Shown: positions 10,613 through 22,842 of the stretch, piece by piece
Layout of the letters: every line of letters starts with the position of its first letter
Position numbering within the stretch: position 1 is the first letter of the stretch
Assembly (NCBI GenBank): GCA_963725865.1
Contig: CAVSAC010000014.1
Coordinates: 768,001-832,000 of the forward strand
DNA from: Candidatus Eiseniibacteriota bacterium
GTDB taxonomy: Bacteria; Eisenbacteria; RBG-16-71-46
DNA length: 64,000 bases
Reading direction: 5' to 3'
Position numbers and translations under genes: made by a program
The notes under the pieces: model-generated
What the model saw: only the letters and a program-made list of their open reading frames with translations
Database searches by the model: none
Told to the model about the DNA's origin: nothing

Positions 10613-12484
10613 ATGCACGAACGTCCGCTGCTGTCCGCCCTGGTCGCCTGCTCGCTCGTGGCACCCGCCGCGGCGCAGACCGCGCTCCCCTCGCAGAACT
10701 GGCCCGTCCCGGTGGTGGCCGGCGAGACCACCGGCACGTCGCGCAACGTCCCGCCCTACTGGCGCACGCGCGCCGAGCGCACCCAGTACCGCGAGACCGC
10801 CGACTACGACGAGACCATGCGCTACGTCCGCCAGCTCGAGGGCGGCTCGCGCTGGATCAAGGTGGTGAGCTACGGCAAGAGCGGCCAGGGGCGCGACCTG
10901 CCGCTGATGATCGTGTCGAAGGACCGCGCGTTCACGCCCGAGGCGGCGATCGCTACGGCCAAGCCGATCGTGCTGATCCAGAACGGCATCCATTCCGGCG
11001 AGATCGAGGGCAAGGACGCCTGCCTGGCGCTGATCCGCGACATGGCGGTGCTCGGCACCCGCTCCGAGCTGCTCGACAGCACCATCGTGCTGGTGCTGCC
11101 CATCCTCTCGGTCGACGCGCACGAGCGGCACGGGCCCTACAACCGCATCAACCAGAACGGCCCGGTCGAGATGGGCTGGCGCACCGGCCCCACCGGGCTG
11201 AACCTCAACCGCGACTACCTCAAGGCCGAGACGCCCGAGATCCGCGCGCTGCTGTCGCAGGTGTACACGCGCTGGTGGCCGCACCTGCTGATCGACGACC
11301 ACACCACCGACGGCGCCGACTACCGCCACGACGTCACCTATGGCGCGCCGCACGGCACCAGCACGCCGCCGCCGCTCGACCGCTGGTACGCCGACGCGTT
11401 CGAGGGTCGCGTGGTGCCGCGGCTGGCGGCGCTCGGCCACCTGCCCGCGCCCTATCTCTCGTTCCGCAACTACAGCGCCGATCCGCGGGTCGGGCTCGAC
11501 TACGGCGACGCCCCGCCGCGCTTCTCGAACGGCTACCCGACGCTCCAGGATCGCGCGGGGGTGCTGGTCGAGACGCACATGATCAAGCCGTACGGCGTGC
11601 GCGTGAAGGCGACCTACGACCTGCTGGTCGCCGTGCTCGAGGAGCTGCGCGCCCACCCGCGCGCGCTGGTGCGCGCGGTCGCCGACGCCGAGCAGCAGAC
11701 GATCGCGCGCGGCCGCGAGAGCGACCCCGCGAAGCGCGAGGTGGTGCTGACCACCAAGACCAGCGACACCGCGGTGCCGTTCGAGTTCAAGGGCTGGCAG
11801 ACGCGCTGGGAGGTGAGCGACATCACCGGCGACTGGCTGCCGCGCTACAGCGAGGCGCCGTGGGACACGATCATCCCGCTCTACCGCGAGGTGGTGCCGT
11901 CGCTGACGGTGCGCCAGCCGGCGGGCTACCTGGTCCCGCAGGAGTGGACGATCGCCCGCGACCGGCTCGACCTCCACGGCGTGCGCTACCGGAGGTTCGC
12001 GCGGGCGTGGACCGACACGGTCGAAGTGCAGCACGTGCTGGAGTGGAAGACGGCGGACCTCCGTGAGGGTCATCGGCCGACCGAGGTGAGCCGCGTGGTG
12101 CTCGAGCGGCGCGCACACACGTTCCGCCCCGGCGACCTGTGGGTGCCGCTCGACCAGCGCTCGGCGATGGTGGCGGTGCACCTGTTCGAGGCCCAGGCGC
12201 CGGACGGGCTGATGTACTGGAACGCGTTCGACACGGTGTTCGAGCGCAAGGAGTACGGCGAGGGCTACGTGGTCGAGCCGCTGGCGCGACGGATGATGGC
12301 GGCCGACCCCGCGCTGGCGCGGGAGTTCCGCGCGCGGCTCGCGAGCGACTCGACGTTTGCTCACGACCCGCGGGCGCGGAGCGAGTTCTTCTATCGCCGC
12401 TCGCCGTGGGCGGACCCCGAGCAGGACCTGCATCCGATCCTGCGCGCGCTGCACCGGCCGCCGGAGAGCGTGCTCGCGCCCTGA
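10613..12484 (+). CDS. Secreted M14-family zinc carboxypeptidase
   Basis: Signal peptide; GKSGQGR, IHSGEIEG (HxxE), NLNRD and DDHTTDG motifs. Confidence 0.88.
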   Translation: MHERPLLSALVACSLVAPAAAQTALPSQNWPVPVVAGETTGTSRNVPPYWRTRAERTQYRETADYDETMRYVRQLEGGSRWIKVVSYGKSGQGRDLPLMIVSKDRAFTPEAAIATAKPIVLIQNGIHSGEIEGKDACLALIRDMAVLGTRSELLDSTIVLVLPILSVDAHERHGPYNRINQNGPVEMGWRTGPTGLNLNRDYLKAETPEIRALLSQVYTRWWPHLLIDDHTTDGADYRHDVTYGAPHGTSTPPPLDRWYADAFEGRVVPRLAALGHLPAPYLSFRNYSADPRVGLDYGDAPPRFSNGYPTLQDRAGVLVETHMIKPYGVRVKATYDLLVAVLEELRAHPRALVRAVADAEQQTIARGRESDPAKREVVLTTKTSDTAVPFEFKGWQTRWEVSDITGDWLPRYSEAPWDTIIPLYREVVPSLTVRQPAGYLVPQEWTIARDRLDLHGVRYRRFARAWTDTVEVQHVLEWKTADLREGHRPTEVSRVVLERRAHTFRPGDLWVPLDQRSAMVAVHLFEAQAPDGLMYWNAFDTVFERKEYGEGYVVEPLARRMMAADPALAREFRARLASDSTFAHDPRARSEFFYRRSPWADPEQDLHPILRALHRPPESVLAP

Positions 12485-12740
12485 CGGCGCGCCGGTCGCT
12501 GCTCGCGCGCGGTGGCGGCCCGGGCCGCGCCGCGGATGCCCCCGCCACTGCGAACCGGCAAGGTCGCGCGCCGCGAGTCTGTTGCGGGGCAGGAGGTTCG
12601 CCGTCGCCGGAGCCAGTCCTTGGGTGGCCTGAGCGGCGATGCTAGGCTCCAAGCGACTTTCGGGCCTCCACGGGCCCCCGCGGCTCACCCACGGCCACGT
12701 CCCGGCGCGCTCCCGCGCCGGGAACCTCGGATCTCGAACG

Positions 12741-13256
12741 ATGCAGGTCATCCTCTTCCGACACGGACCCGCTGGCGGCCGCGATGCCGCGCGCTGGCCC
12801 GACGACGCGCAGCGCCCGCTGTCGTCCAAGGGCGAGCAACGCACGCTGGCCGCAGCACTCGGGCTCGCGCGACTCGCGGGCGACATCACGCAGATCGCCA
12901 CCAGCCCGCTGCTGCGCGCCACCCAGACTGCGGACGTGCTGAACGGCGTGCTCGACCTGCCGGCCCCACCGGTGGTGCTCGGCGCGCTGGCACCCGGGCA
13001 GGGCTACCGGCGCGTGATCGAGTGGCTGCACGCGCAGGACTCCGAGGCCTCCGTGGTGCTGGTGGGCCACGAGCCGGATCTCGGCAAGCTCGCGGGCGTG
13101 CTGCTGTTCGGAGCGCCCGCGGCGCTGCCGTTCAAGAAGGCCGGTGCGTGCCAGGTGTCGTTCGTCGGCGAGGTCGCGGCCGGCGCCGGCCGGCTGAAGT
13201 GGTTCCTGCCGCCGAAGGAACTGCGGCGGCTGGCCAAGCGCGGGAGCAAGGTGTGA
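12741..13256 (+). CDS. sixA: Phosphohistidine phosphatase SixA
   Basis: LFRHG, RPLS..G, TSPLLRATQTA, LVGHEPDL and FKKAG motifs. Confidence 0.88.
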   Translation: MQVILFRHGPAGGRDAARWPDDAQRPLSSKGEQRTLAAALGLARLAGDITQIATSPLLRATQTADVLNGVLDLPAPPVVLGALAPGQGYRRVIEWLHAQDSEASVVLVGHEPDLGKLAGVLLFGAPAALPFKKAGACQVSFVGEVAAGAGRLKWFLPPKELRRLAKRGSKV

Positions 13257-13948
13257 ACGATCGCTTCGGCACCTGGCGGCCCGACTGGCCGGGGCGGCTG
13301 TTCATCGTCGAGGGCATCGACGGCTCCGGCAAGAGCACCCAGCTCACGCTGCTCGCGCAGTGGCTGCGCAGCGAGGGCTTCCCGGTGGTGTTCAGCGAGT
13401 GGAACTCCTCGCCGATCGTGCGCGTCACCACATCGCGCGGCAAGAAGCGTCAGCTGCTGACGCCGCTGACGTTCTCGCTGATCCACGCCACCGACTTCGC
13501 GGACCGCGTCGAACGCGAGATCATCCCGTCGCTGAAGGCGGGGGCGATCGTGCTCGCGGACCGCTACGTGTTCACCGCGTTCGCGCGCGACGTGGTGCGC
13601 GGCGTGAGCCCCTCGTGGGTGCGTTCTCTCTATCGCCTCGCCCCGGTGCCGTCGCAGGCGTTCTACTTCCGCGTGCCGCTCGAGGTCGCGCTCAAGCGCA
13701 TCCTCTCCGGCCGGCCGAAGCTCAAGTGGTACGAGGCCGGCATGGACCTCGGGCTGCACACCGATCCGAACGAGTCCTACCGGCTGTTCCAGTCCCGCAT
13801 CCTGACCGAGTACGAGACACTGGTGCAGGAGTTCGGGCTCCAGGTGATGGACGCCGCGCTGCCGATCGAGACCCAGCAGAAGGCCATGCGCCGCGTCATC
13901 GCCCCGCATCTCGAGCGCATGCGCCAGGAGATCCGCTCCCATGCGTGA
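13253..13948 (+). CDS. Thymidylate (dTMP) kinase-like protein, copy 1
   Basis: P-loop FIVEGIDGSGKST, HATDFADR, VLADRY and YEAGMD; GTGA overlap with sixA. Confidence 0.85.
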   Translation: MNDRFGTWRPDWPGRLFIVEGIDGSGKSTQLTLLAQWLRSEGFPVVFSEWNSSPIVRVTTSRGKKRQLLTPLTFSLIHATDFADRVEREIIPSLKAGAIVLADRYVFTAFARDVVRGVSPSWVRSLYRLAPVPSQAFYFRVPLEVALKRILSGRPKLKWYEAGMDLGLHTDPNESYRLFQSRILTEYETLVQEFGLQVMDAALPIETQQKAMRRVIAPHLERMRQEIRSHA

Positions 13949-14657
13949 GTTTCAGTCGTACGGCGAGGGCATCCCGGGGGTCGACCTGCGCGACCTGCAC
14001 GGCTGGCTGATCGTCATCGAGGGCACCGACGGGGTCGGCCGCACCACGCACGTGAACCTGCTGCGCGCGCACCTGGAGCGGCTCGGCTACGCGGTCGCCG
14101 AGACCGGGCTGACGCGTTCCGACCTGACGAGCCGCGGTCTGCGGCGCGCGAAGCTCGGCAACACGCTCGGCTCCACTCCGTTCAACCTCTACTACGCGAC
14201 CGATTTCGCGGACCGCCTCGAGCACCAGATTGTGCCCGCGCTGCGCTCCGGGTTCGTCATGCTCACCGATCGCTACACCTACTCGCTGATCGCGCGCGCG
14301 ATCGTGCGCGGCGCGGATCCGGCGTGGATCAAGCGGGTGTACTCGTTCTCGCTCCAGCCCGACGCCACGTTCTACCTGCGCATCGGCGTCAAGGACCTGG
14401 TCCAGCGCGTGGTGCAGAACGGCGGCTTCGACTACTGGGAGTCCGGCATGGACATCCCGATGGGCGAGGACCTCCACGACTCGTTCATCCGCTACCAGTC
14501 GCGGCTGATCGAGACACTCGACGAGCTGTCGCACGAGTTCGGCTTCGACACCATCGACGCCACGCGCCCGGTGGACGAGATCGCGCGCTACCTGTGCGAG
14601 CGGGTCTCGGCGCTGCTGGAGTCGAGCCGCGACGACGCGCCGCCGGCCACGCCGTGA
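13941..14657 (+). CDS. Thymidylate (dTMP) kinase-like protein, copy 2 (P-loop Lys replaced by Arg)
   Basis: IEGTDGVGRTT, YATDFADR, LTDRY and WESGMD; clear paralog of the preceding gene. Confidence 0.85.
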   Translation: MREFQSYGEGIPGVDLRDLHGWLIVIEGTDGVGRTTHVNLLRAHLERLGYAVAETGLTRSDLTSRGLRRAKLGNTLGSTPFNLYYATDFADRLEHQIVPALRSGFVMLTDRYTYSLIARAIVRGADPAWIKRVYSFSLQPDATFYLRIGVKDLVQRVVQNGGFDYWESGMDIPMGEDLHDSFIRYQSRLIETLDELSHEFGFDTIDATRPVDEIARYLCERVSALLESSRDDAPPATP

Positions 14658-15583
14658 GCGTGCTGCCGGGCCCGGGCGCGGGAGCCGACCCGCTCGACGC
14701 CGCGCGGCGGATCGCGGACGACCTCGCGCAGCGCGCCGCGACGCTCGCCGCCGCCACCCGCCGCCTGCGCCGTCGCGAACACGCCGAGGCGGTCCACGAC
14801 GTGCGCGTCGCGGCCCGGCGGCTGGCCGCGGCACTGGCGCTGTGGCGCGCACTGCTGCGCCGGCGGGCGCGGCGCCGGACGCTGCGCGGGCTCCGGCGCC
14901 TGGGGCGCCGCCTCGGTCCCGTTCGCGAACGCGAGGTGGTGCTCGCCCTGCTCGAAGCGCGCGCCACCCGGCCGGGCGAGGAGACGCGCGAGGTCGTCGA
15001 GCGGCTGGCGGCGCGGCTGCGCCGCCGCATCGCGCGGGCCCGCACCGGCGTCGCGCGCGCCTGCCGGCCAGCGGCGATCGAGCGCCTGGTGCGCGGGGTC
15101 ACGCGCGCCGCCGGACGGCTCGAGACGCGCGTGGGCGCGCAGCCGGACTGGCGCGCGCGCGCGGAGCAGCGGGTGGAGACCCTCGGCGTGCGGGCTCGCG
15201 ACGCCCTCGCGGAGGGACTCGCGAGCCGCGAGGATGCGGCGCTCCATCAGGCGCGGATCGCGGTCAAGCGCTGGCGTTACGCGGGCGAGTGCGTCGAGGC
15301 GGTCGCCGGCGCGCCGGCCACGCGCCTGGTACCCCTGCGCGAGCTGCAGGAGACGCTCGGGGCCGTGCACGACCTCGCCACGCTGCGCGACCGGCTCGTG
15401 CGGGCAGCGGCGCGCAGTGCCCGGCGCCGGCGCGGATTCGGCGCCCCGGCGAGCGGCGGCACCGCGCCCATCTCGAGCCACGACCCGGTCGCCGCGCTGT
15501 CCGCGCTTGCGCAGGCGATCGAGGAGGATCGCGCGCGGGCGCTCGAGCGCCTGCGCGTGCAGGCCGCCTCGCTCGCGCGCTAG
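14654..15583 (+). CDS. CHAD-domain (polyphosphate-binding) protein
   Basis: EAVHDVRVAARRL, LGPVRERE, LHQARIAVKRWRY and LQETLGAVHDL; very Arg-rich. Confidence 0.88.
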   Translation: MSVLPGPGAGADPLDAARRIADDLAQRAATLAAATRRLRRREHAEAVHDVRVAARRLAAALALWRALLRRRARRRTLRGLRRLGRRLGPVREREVVLALLEARATRPGEETREVVERLAARLRRRIARARTGVARACRPAAIERLVRGVTRAAGRLETRVGAQPDWRARAEQRVETLGVRARDALAEGLASREDAALHQARIAVKRWRYAGECVEAVAGAPATRLVPLRELQETLGAVHDLATLRDRLVRAAARSARRRRGFGAPASGGTAPISSHDPVAALSALAQAIEEDRARALERLRVQAASLAR

Positions 15584-15590
15584 CGCCGGT

Positions 15591-17249
15591 TCACGCGCCC
15601 TTCGCTCGCGGACGCAGCGACACCACGCCGGCGTGCGGACCGGCGGCGGGCGTGGACTCCTCGGCACGGGCGCGGCGCGGCCGGGGCTTGTGCTGCGGGG
15701 CCCGCGATTCGCCCGCGCGCTCGGCCGCGATGCGCACCCGCACCCCCAGCAGCTGCTCGAGCATCTGCGTCCGGCGGCGCGCCGCCCACAGCTCGAGCCG
15801 CGCGTCGCGCAGCGTCGACGCCTGGATCGTCACCCGTCCGTCGCGCCGCACCACCCGCACCGCCGGCACCAGCTGGTAGTGACTGCGGTCGAGCCCCTCG
15901 GCGATCCGCAGGATGGCGGCCAGCCACCGCACGATGCGACGCTGATCCTTGGTCAGCTCCGCAAAGCCCTCGTCGTGCTTCCGCGGCCGGGACTTGCCGT
16001 GGTAGCGCGCGACGGTCGCCACGATCGCGACGTCCGCGGCCGAGAACCCGCGCAGGTTGCCGTTGCGGATGATGTAGTACGAATGCTCCCCGTGACCGTC
16101 GTAGCCGATGACCGCGCCGATGTCGTGCAGCAGGCTGGCGTACGAGAGCAGCTCGCGCTCCTCGGGTCCCAGCCGGTGCGCGAATCGCAGACCATCGAAC
16201 AGCTGCAGCGCCAGCCGTGCGACGTGCTGCGAGTGCCGGGACTCGGGGAAGAACTTGGTGAGCAGCGCCATCACGCTGCGCAGCCGCAGGTCGTCGATCA
16301 GCTCCAGCGCGCTGACCTCGCGCGCGTGCGAGAGCAGGTAGTCCGTCACCAGTCCTTCGCGCACGCCGAAGTCCGAGATCGTGATCCCCGGCGCCCCCAG
16401 CTGCTCCAGCACGTGCAGCAGCACCAGCGCGCCGGGCAGGATGATCTCCGCGCGCGGCGTGTCGATGCCCGGCAGGCGTTCGCGCTCTTCGAGGTTCATG
16501 CGCTGGAGCCGGCGCGTCAGCCGGTCGAGGGACTCGATCGTCATGCGATGGCCGTTGAGCTGGGTCAGCGGCTGACCGGTGTCGGCCCAGTGCGCGGCCT
16601 GCGCGAGCGCGTGGATGGAACCCGACGAACCGTAGAACGCCTGCGGCTCGGCGCCCGCCACCGTCTCGAGGGCGTCGCGGGTCTCGCGGCGGATGTGGCG
16701 ACGCAGGCGCTGCAGGTCCCGGCGCGACGGCGGGTCGCTGTCGAGCATCGTCTCCGTCAGGCGCAGCGCCCCGAGCGCCACGCTGATCACGCGCTGCAGG
16801 CGGTCGCGGTCCCCGACCACCAGCTGCATGCTGCCGCCGCCGATGTCGAGGATCAGCGCCGGGGCGGCGTCGAGCTGCAGCGCGCTCTTCACCCCCAGCC
16901 AGATCAGGCGCCCCTCCTCCGCCGCGGGAATCACCCGCGGGAGCACGCCGGCCGCCGCGCGCGCGGCGTCGAGGAACGCGCCGCCGTTGCGCGCCTCGCG
17001 CACCGCGGCGGTGGCGGTGCACACGATGCGATCCACCTGGTGGCGCCGCGCCAGCGCCACGAAGCGATGGAGCGCGTCGATGGTGCGGCGGATCGCGGCG
17101 GCGCGCAGCCGGCCGTCGGAGAACGAGCCGCGCCCGATCTGCACCACCTCGCGCTCGCGGTCCACCACCTCGAACGAGGCAGGACCGATGGCCTTCGCGA
17201 TCACCATGTGGATCGAGTTGGTCCCGATGTCGATGGCGGCGATGCGCAT
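15591..17249 (-). CDS. ppx: Ppx/GppA exopolyphosphatase with C-terminal HD domain
   Basis: AAIDIGTNSIH, ATAAVREARN, EEGRL, DIGGGS, GVREG and LLHDIG motifs. Confidence 0.92.
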   Translation of the reverse strand: MRIAAIDIGTNSIHMVIAKAIGPASFEVVDREREVVQIGRGSFSDGRLRAAAIRRTIDALHRFVALARRHQVDRIVCTATAAVREARNGGAFLDAARAAAGVLPRVIPAAEEGRLIWLGVKSALQLDAAPALILDIGGGSMQLVVGDRDRLQRVISVALGALRLTETMLDSDPPSRRDLQRLRRHIRRETRDALETVAGAEPQAFYGSSGSIHALAQAAHWADTGQPLTQLNGHRMTIESLDRLTRRLQRMNLEERERLPGIDTPRAEIILPGALVLLHVLEQLGAPGITISDFGVREGLVTDYLLSHAREVSALELIDDLRLRSVMALLTKFFPESRHSQHVARLALQLFDGLRFAHRLGPEERELLSYASLLHDIGAVIGYDGHGEHSYYIIRNGNLRGFSAADVAIVATVARYHGKSRPRKHDEGFAELTKDQRRIVRWLAAILRIAEGLDRSHYQLVPAVRVVRRDGRVTIQASTLRDARLELWAARRRTQMLEQLLGVRVRIAAERAGESRAPQHKPRPRRARAEESTPAAGPHAGVVSLRPRAKGA

Positions 17250-17750
17250 GGAGGCTCCAAGGGAATGCCGGGGACGGCGGGGACGCGTGCGGGCCGGATC
17301 GAGTATCGGCGCCCGGACGACCCCGGGGCAATGCCGCCGGTGCCGACCGGCGGGCACGTGAGCCTGCCACTCGTGGCCTCCCGCCACCGCCGCCGGCCGC
17401 GGCCCATCCACCGCCGTCCCTGACAAGCCGACAGAGCCGGCGCGCGTTCTGTCATGGTGAACCCCTCTCGCGCGCCCGCCCGGGAGTGATCGCGGCCCCC
17501 CGCGTCACCGGTCCGCGCGAGCGGCGGCCACGCCGCTAGCGTCCGGCGGGCGCGGAGATTCGGCGGTCGCCGGCGGCCCCACCGGGGCGCGGCGCCCCGC
17601 CCATCGCCGCGCGGCCCCGGCCCGCCGAACGCTGGCCCGGATGATGCAAAACTGGCGGTTGGCGTCATCGCAGCACGGTTGGACGCCGTCCCGTCCGCGT
17701 CGCCTCCAGCCGCCGGATCGGACATCGACATCGAGTCAGGAGGTTCATCC

Positions 17751-18311
17751 ATGGCCGCCGCCATCACCGGGGACCGCTCGGTCCTCAAGCGGCCTCCTGT
17801 CGTCGTCGGGCTCGGCGATCCGTTGCGCGCCGACGACGCGGTCGGGCTCCACATCCTGGGCGAGTTGCGCGAGTACATGCGCTCGTGGTTCGGCCGCGTC
17901 GAGTTCGTCGACGCGAGCCTACCCGGCCACGCGCCGACCGAGCGTCTGCGGGCGCGCTGCGCCCTGGTGGTGGTGGGCACGCTGGCGCGCGGTGATCGTC
18001 CCGGCACCGTGCACGTGATGTCGGGCAAGGAAGCGCTGCGCACGCGGCGAGGACATCCCAACTCGGCACCGTCCGGCAACACCGTCTCGCTGCTGCGCAC
18101 GCTCCAGGTCGTGGACGCGCTGCCCGCGTGGGTGACCGTGGTCGGCATCGAGCCCGGCCGGCTGGAGTGCACCATGGGCCTCAGCGACGCGGTACACGAA
18201 GCCCTGCCGCTCGCGGTCCGCCAGGCGCATCAGGCGGTCGAGACGATGATCACCATGGTCGAATCCGACGACGAGCCGCACGCCCACGGCACCCAGGCCG
18301 CCGCCGGCTGA
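17751..18311 (+). CDS. Hydrogenase maturation protease-like protein (degenerate metal ligands)
   Basis: [30 protein letters not shown] and VGIEP...GLSDAV. The usual Asp and His ligands appear replaced. Confidence 0.72.
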   Translation: MAAAITGDRSVLKRPPVVVGLGDPLRADDAVGLHILGELREYMRSWFGRVEFVDASLPGHAPTERLRARCALVVVGTLARGDRPGTVHVMSGKEALRTRRGHPNSAPSGNTVSLLRTLQVVDALPAWVTVVGIEPGRLECTMGLSDAVHEALPLAVRQAHQAVETMITMVESDDEPHAHGTQAAAG

Positions 18312-18712
18312 CCGAGCGGCGCGCCGCGGCGGCTCGACTCCGCGCCGCCTCCACCCCGCGGCCCCGCGCCAGCGCGCTTCCTGCGCTCGCGACCATCAAA
18401 TCCTTGACCCCGGCCGGTACGGGGACAATCATCCACGTCATCGGAGTCGATGGGGCAGGATCACACTCACGCACCCCTCGATGGATGCGGCCTGCTTGTC
18501 GCCCACGACTCTCGCGGCGTAACCCCACGCGCCGCTGGCAGCACCGCCTCGCCATCCCGCACCACGCACGCCTCACGAGGCGGTCGAAGTCCATGGTGTC
18601 CCAACGGCGGAATGCCGCGCGCGGTCGCGTTCACGGTGCTCCGCTCCATGGCGATGGCGCCGTGCCCCGGCTCGACCCGGCGGCGCTTCGCACCTGGTCC
18701 TGGAGGCAGCCC

Positions 18713-19819
18713 ATGACCGACCCCGAGCACTGGCCCACCACCCTCGAGCTCTTCGAGCGCCACGGCATCGACCGCAGGACGTTCCTGCAGTTCTGCACGC
18801 TGACCGCGGCGGCGATGGGTCTCCAGTCCACCATGGTCCCGCGTGTCGTGCACGCGCTCGAGACCAAGCCACGCATCCCGGTCATCTGGCTGCACGGCCT
18901 GGAGTGCACGTGCTGCAGCGAGTCGTTCATCCGCTCGTCGCACCCGATCGCCCAGGACGTGGTGCTCAACATGATCTCGCTGGACTACGACGACACGCTG
19001 CAGGCCGCGGCGGGGTTCCAGGCCGAGGAGATCCGCGAGAAGCTGGTGCGCGACCACGCGGGCCAGTACGTGCTCGCGGTGGAGGGCAACGCGCCGACCA
19101 AGGACGGCGGCGTGTATTGCACGGTTGGCGGCAAGACGTTCCACAGCCTCCTCGAGGAGACCGCGGCCCACGCGCGGGCGGTGATCGCGTGGGGCTCGTG
19201 CGCGTCCAACGGCTGCGTGCAGGCCGCGCACCCGAACCCGACCGGCGCGAAGCCGGTGCACGAGCTGATCTCCGGCAAGCCGGTCATCAAGGTGCCGGGC
19301 TGTCCGCCGATCGCGGAAGTGATGACCGGCGTGCTCACCTACATCCTGACCTTCGACCGGCTGCCCGAGCTCGATCGCATCGGGCGGCCGAAGATGTTCT
19401 ACGGGCAGCGCCTCCACGACAAGTGCTACCGCCGGCCGTTCTTCGACGCCGGTCAGTTCGTGGAGCGCTGGGACGACGAGGGTGCGAGGAAGGGCTGGTG
19501 CCTCTACAAGATGGGGTGCCGCGGACCCTCGACGTACAACTCCTGCTCGACGTTCAAGTGGAACAACGGCGTGTCGTGGCCGATCGGCTCGGGCCACGGG
19601 TGCATCGGGTGCAGCGAGGCGAACTTCTGGGACAACGGTCCCTTCTACAAACGCCTCTCCGGCATCCCGCTGCCCAACGTCGATGCCACGCCGGATCAGA
19701 TCGGCCGCACGCTCGCGCTCGTCGCGGGCGTCGGAGTCGCCGCCCACTTCGCGTCGTTCATGGTCAAGCGCGGCATCGAGAAGTCGCGCCCGGCGGCCGC
19801 CGACGCCGACAAGGAGTAG
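18713..19819 (+). CDS. hyaA: Membrane-bound [NiFe] hydrogenase small subunit (group 1d-like)
   Basis: Tat motif [32 protein letters not shown]...CLYKMGC, C..WP...GCIGC; C-terminal TM helix. Confidence 0.95.
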   Translation: MTDPEHWPTTLELFERHGIDRRTFLQFCTLTAAAMGLQSTMVPRVVHALETKPRIPVIWLHGLECTCCSESFIRSSHPIAQDVVLNMISLDYDDTLQAAAGFQAEEIREKLVRDHAGQYVLAVEGNAPTKDGGVYCTVGGKTFHSLLEETAAHARAVIAWGSCASNGCVQAAHPNPTGAKPVHELISGKPVIKVPGCPPIAEVMTGVLTYILTFDRLPELDRIGRPKMFYGQRLHDKCYRRPFFDAGQFVERWDDEGARKGWCLYKMGCRGPSTYNSCSTFKWNNGVSWPIGSGHGCIGCSEANFWDNGPFYKRLSGIPLPNVDATPDQIGRTLALVAGVGVAAHFASFMVKRGIEKSRPAAADADKE

Positions 19820-19828
19820 GAGACCGCC

Positions 19829-21550
<1,722 letters not shown>

Positions 21551-21559
21551 GAGGCGCCC

Positions 21560-22294
21560 ATGGCGAGCACCAGGCCGTTCGCGCCCTCCGGCACCGCGCC
21601 GGGGACGCACCGCTTCTTCCGTCGCCGTTACGTGTGGCAGTGGCCCGTGCGTGTCTTCCATTGGGTGAACGCGATCGCGATCACCGGACTCTTCGCGACC
21701 GGGCTCTACATCGCGAGCCCCGTGCTCGCGCCCGCCGGCGAGGCGTGGCACAACTTCGTGATGGCGAAGGTGCGGCAGATCCACTTCGCCTGCGCGTACG
21801 TGTTCCTCATCAACTTCCTGTGGCGGATCTACTGGTTCTACATGGGGAACAACTTCGCGCGCTCGGGTTTCCCGATGGTGTGGAAGCGCGCCTGGTGGCA
21901 CGACCTGTTCCGCCAGGTCGGCGACTACCTGCGGCTCGAGCGCGGACACATCCACCTCGGCCACAATGCCATGGCGGGGCTGGCGTACACGCTGTTCGTG
22001 ATCCTGCTGGGCTGGCTCCAGATCTCGATCGGCTTCGCGATGTACTCGCAGACGCACCCGGGAGGCTTCTGGGACGTGCTGCTCGGCTGGGTGTTGCCCA
22101 TGCTCGGCGGGTCGTTCCAGGCGCTGATGTGGCACCACCTGTTCGCCTGGCTGTTCATCGTCTTCTCGATCGTGCACGTGTACATCGTGTTCTACGACGG
22201 CCAGCAGTACAAGAATGGCCTCGTGACCTCGATGGTGTCGGGCGAGAAGTTCTACCAAGAGGGGGACATTGACCCGAAGACCTGGATCTCCTGA
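21560..22294 (+). CDS. hyaC: Ni/Fe-hydrogenase b-type cytochrome subunit
   Basis: YVWQWPVRVFHW, QIHF, GHN, WHH...IVHVY and SMVSG motifs; four TM helices. Confidence 0.92.
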   Translation: MASTRPFAPSGTAPGTHRFFRRRYVWQWPVRVFHWVNAIAITGLFATGLYIASPVLAPAGEAWHNFVMAKVRQIHFACAYVFLINFLWRIYWFYMGNNFARSGFPMVWKRAWWHDLFRQVGDYLRLERGHIHLGHNAMAGLAYTLFVILLGWLQISIGFAMYSQTHPGGFWDVLLGWVLPMLGGSFQALMWHHLFAWLFIVFSIVHVYIVFYDGQQYKNGLVTSMVSGEKFYQEGDIDPKTWIS

Positions 22295-22832
22295 CTCCGC
22301 CGCCGGGGCCGCGCGCGCGCCGCTCGTGCTCGGCCTCGGCAACCTGCTGCTCCGCGATGATGCCGTGGGCCTCGAGCTGCTCGAGGCGTTGCGCCGCGAG
22401 GGCGCTGCCGGGAGCGGGCGCGTGGAGCTGGCCGACGGCGGCACCCAGGGGCTCGCGCTGCTCGGCGTGATCGGTGGCCGGCCGGCGTTGCTCGTGCTCG
22501 ACGCGGTGGCCGGGGGCGGTGCGCCGGGCGCCGTGCACGAGCTGACGGGCGAGCAGGCGCTCGCGCTGCGCCTGCAGCCCGGCGGCACCGCGCACGAGGG
22601 GGGCGCCGGGGCGTTGCTCGCCACGCTGCTGCTGGTCGGCGAGCTGCCGCCGTGGGTGCGCATCGTAGGCGTGGAGCCCGCAGTGGTGCGCACGGGCATC
22701 GGACTCTCGCCCGCCGTCGCCGCCGCGCTGCCCGCGGCGCTCGAACGGGCACGGGCGGGCATCGCCGACATGCTGGCCGCCTGCGAAGCTCCGGCGGGCG
22801 GGCGGTTGGGCGCCGCGGCCGCGGCGCGCTAG
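22269..22832 (+). CDS. hyaD: Hydrogenase maturation endopeptidase
   Basis: LGLGNLLLRDDAVG, DGGTQG, LVLDA and TAHE motifs intact; TTG start uncertain. Confidence 0.88.
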   Translation: MTRRPGSPDSAAGAARAPLVLGLGNLLLRDDAVGLELLEALRREGAAGSGRVELADGGTQGLALLGVIGGRPALLVLDAVAGGGAPGAVHELTGEQALALRLQPGGTAHEGGAGALLATLLLVGELPPWVRIVGVEPAVVRTGIGLSPAVAAALPAALERARAGIADMLAACEAPAGGRLGAAAAAR

Positions 22833-22842
22833 TCTCGCCCGC

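Noticed and set aside
12505..12645. Possible cobalamin riboswitch (tgcccccgccactg...gagccag) upstream of sixA
   Set aside because: The upstream GGGAA element and a full B12 box are missing, and the downstream genes are unrelated to B12; the hairpins are explicable by GC content. An Rfam scan would settle it
17421..17455. Pho-box-like TGACA/CTGTCAT elements upstream of ppx
   Set aside because: They are not arranged as 11-bp-spaced direct repeats; too weak to call
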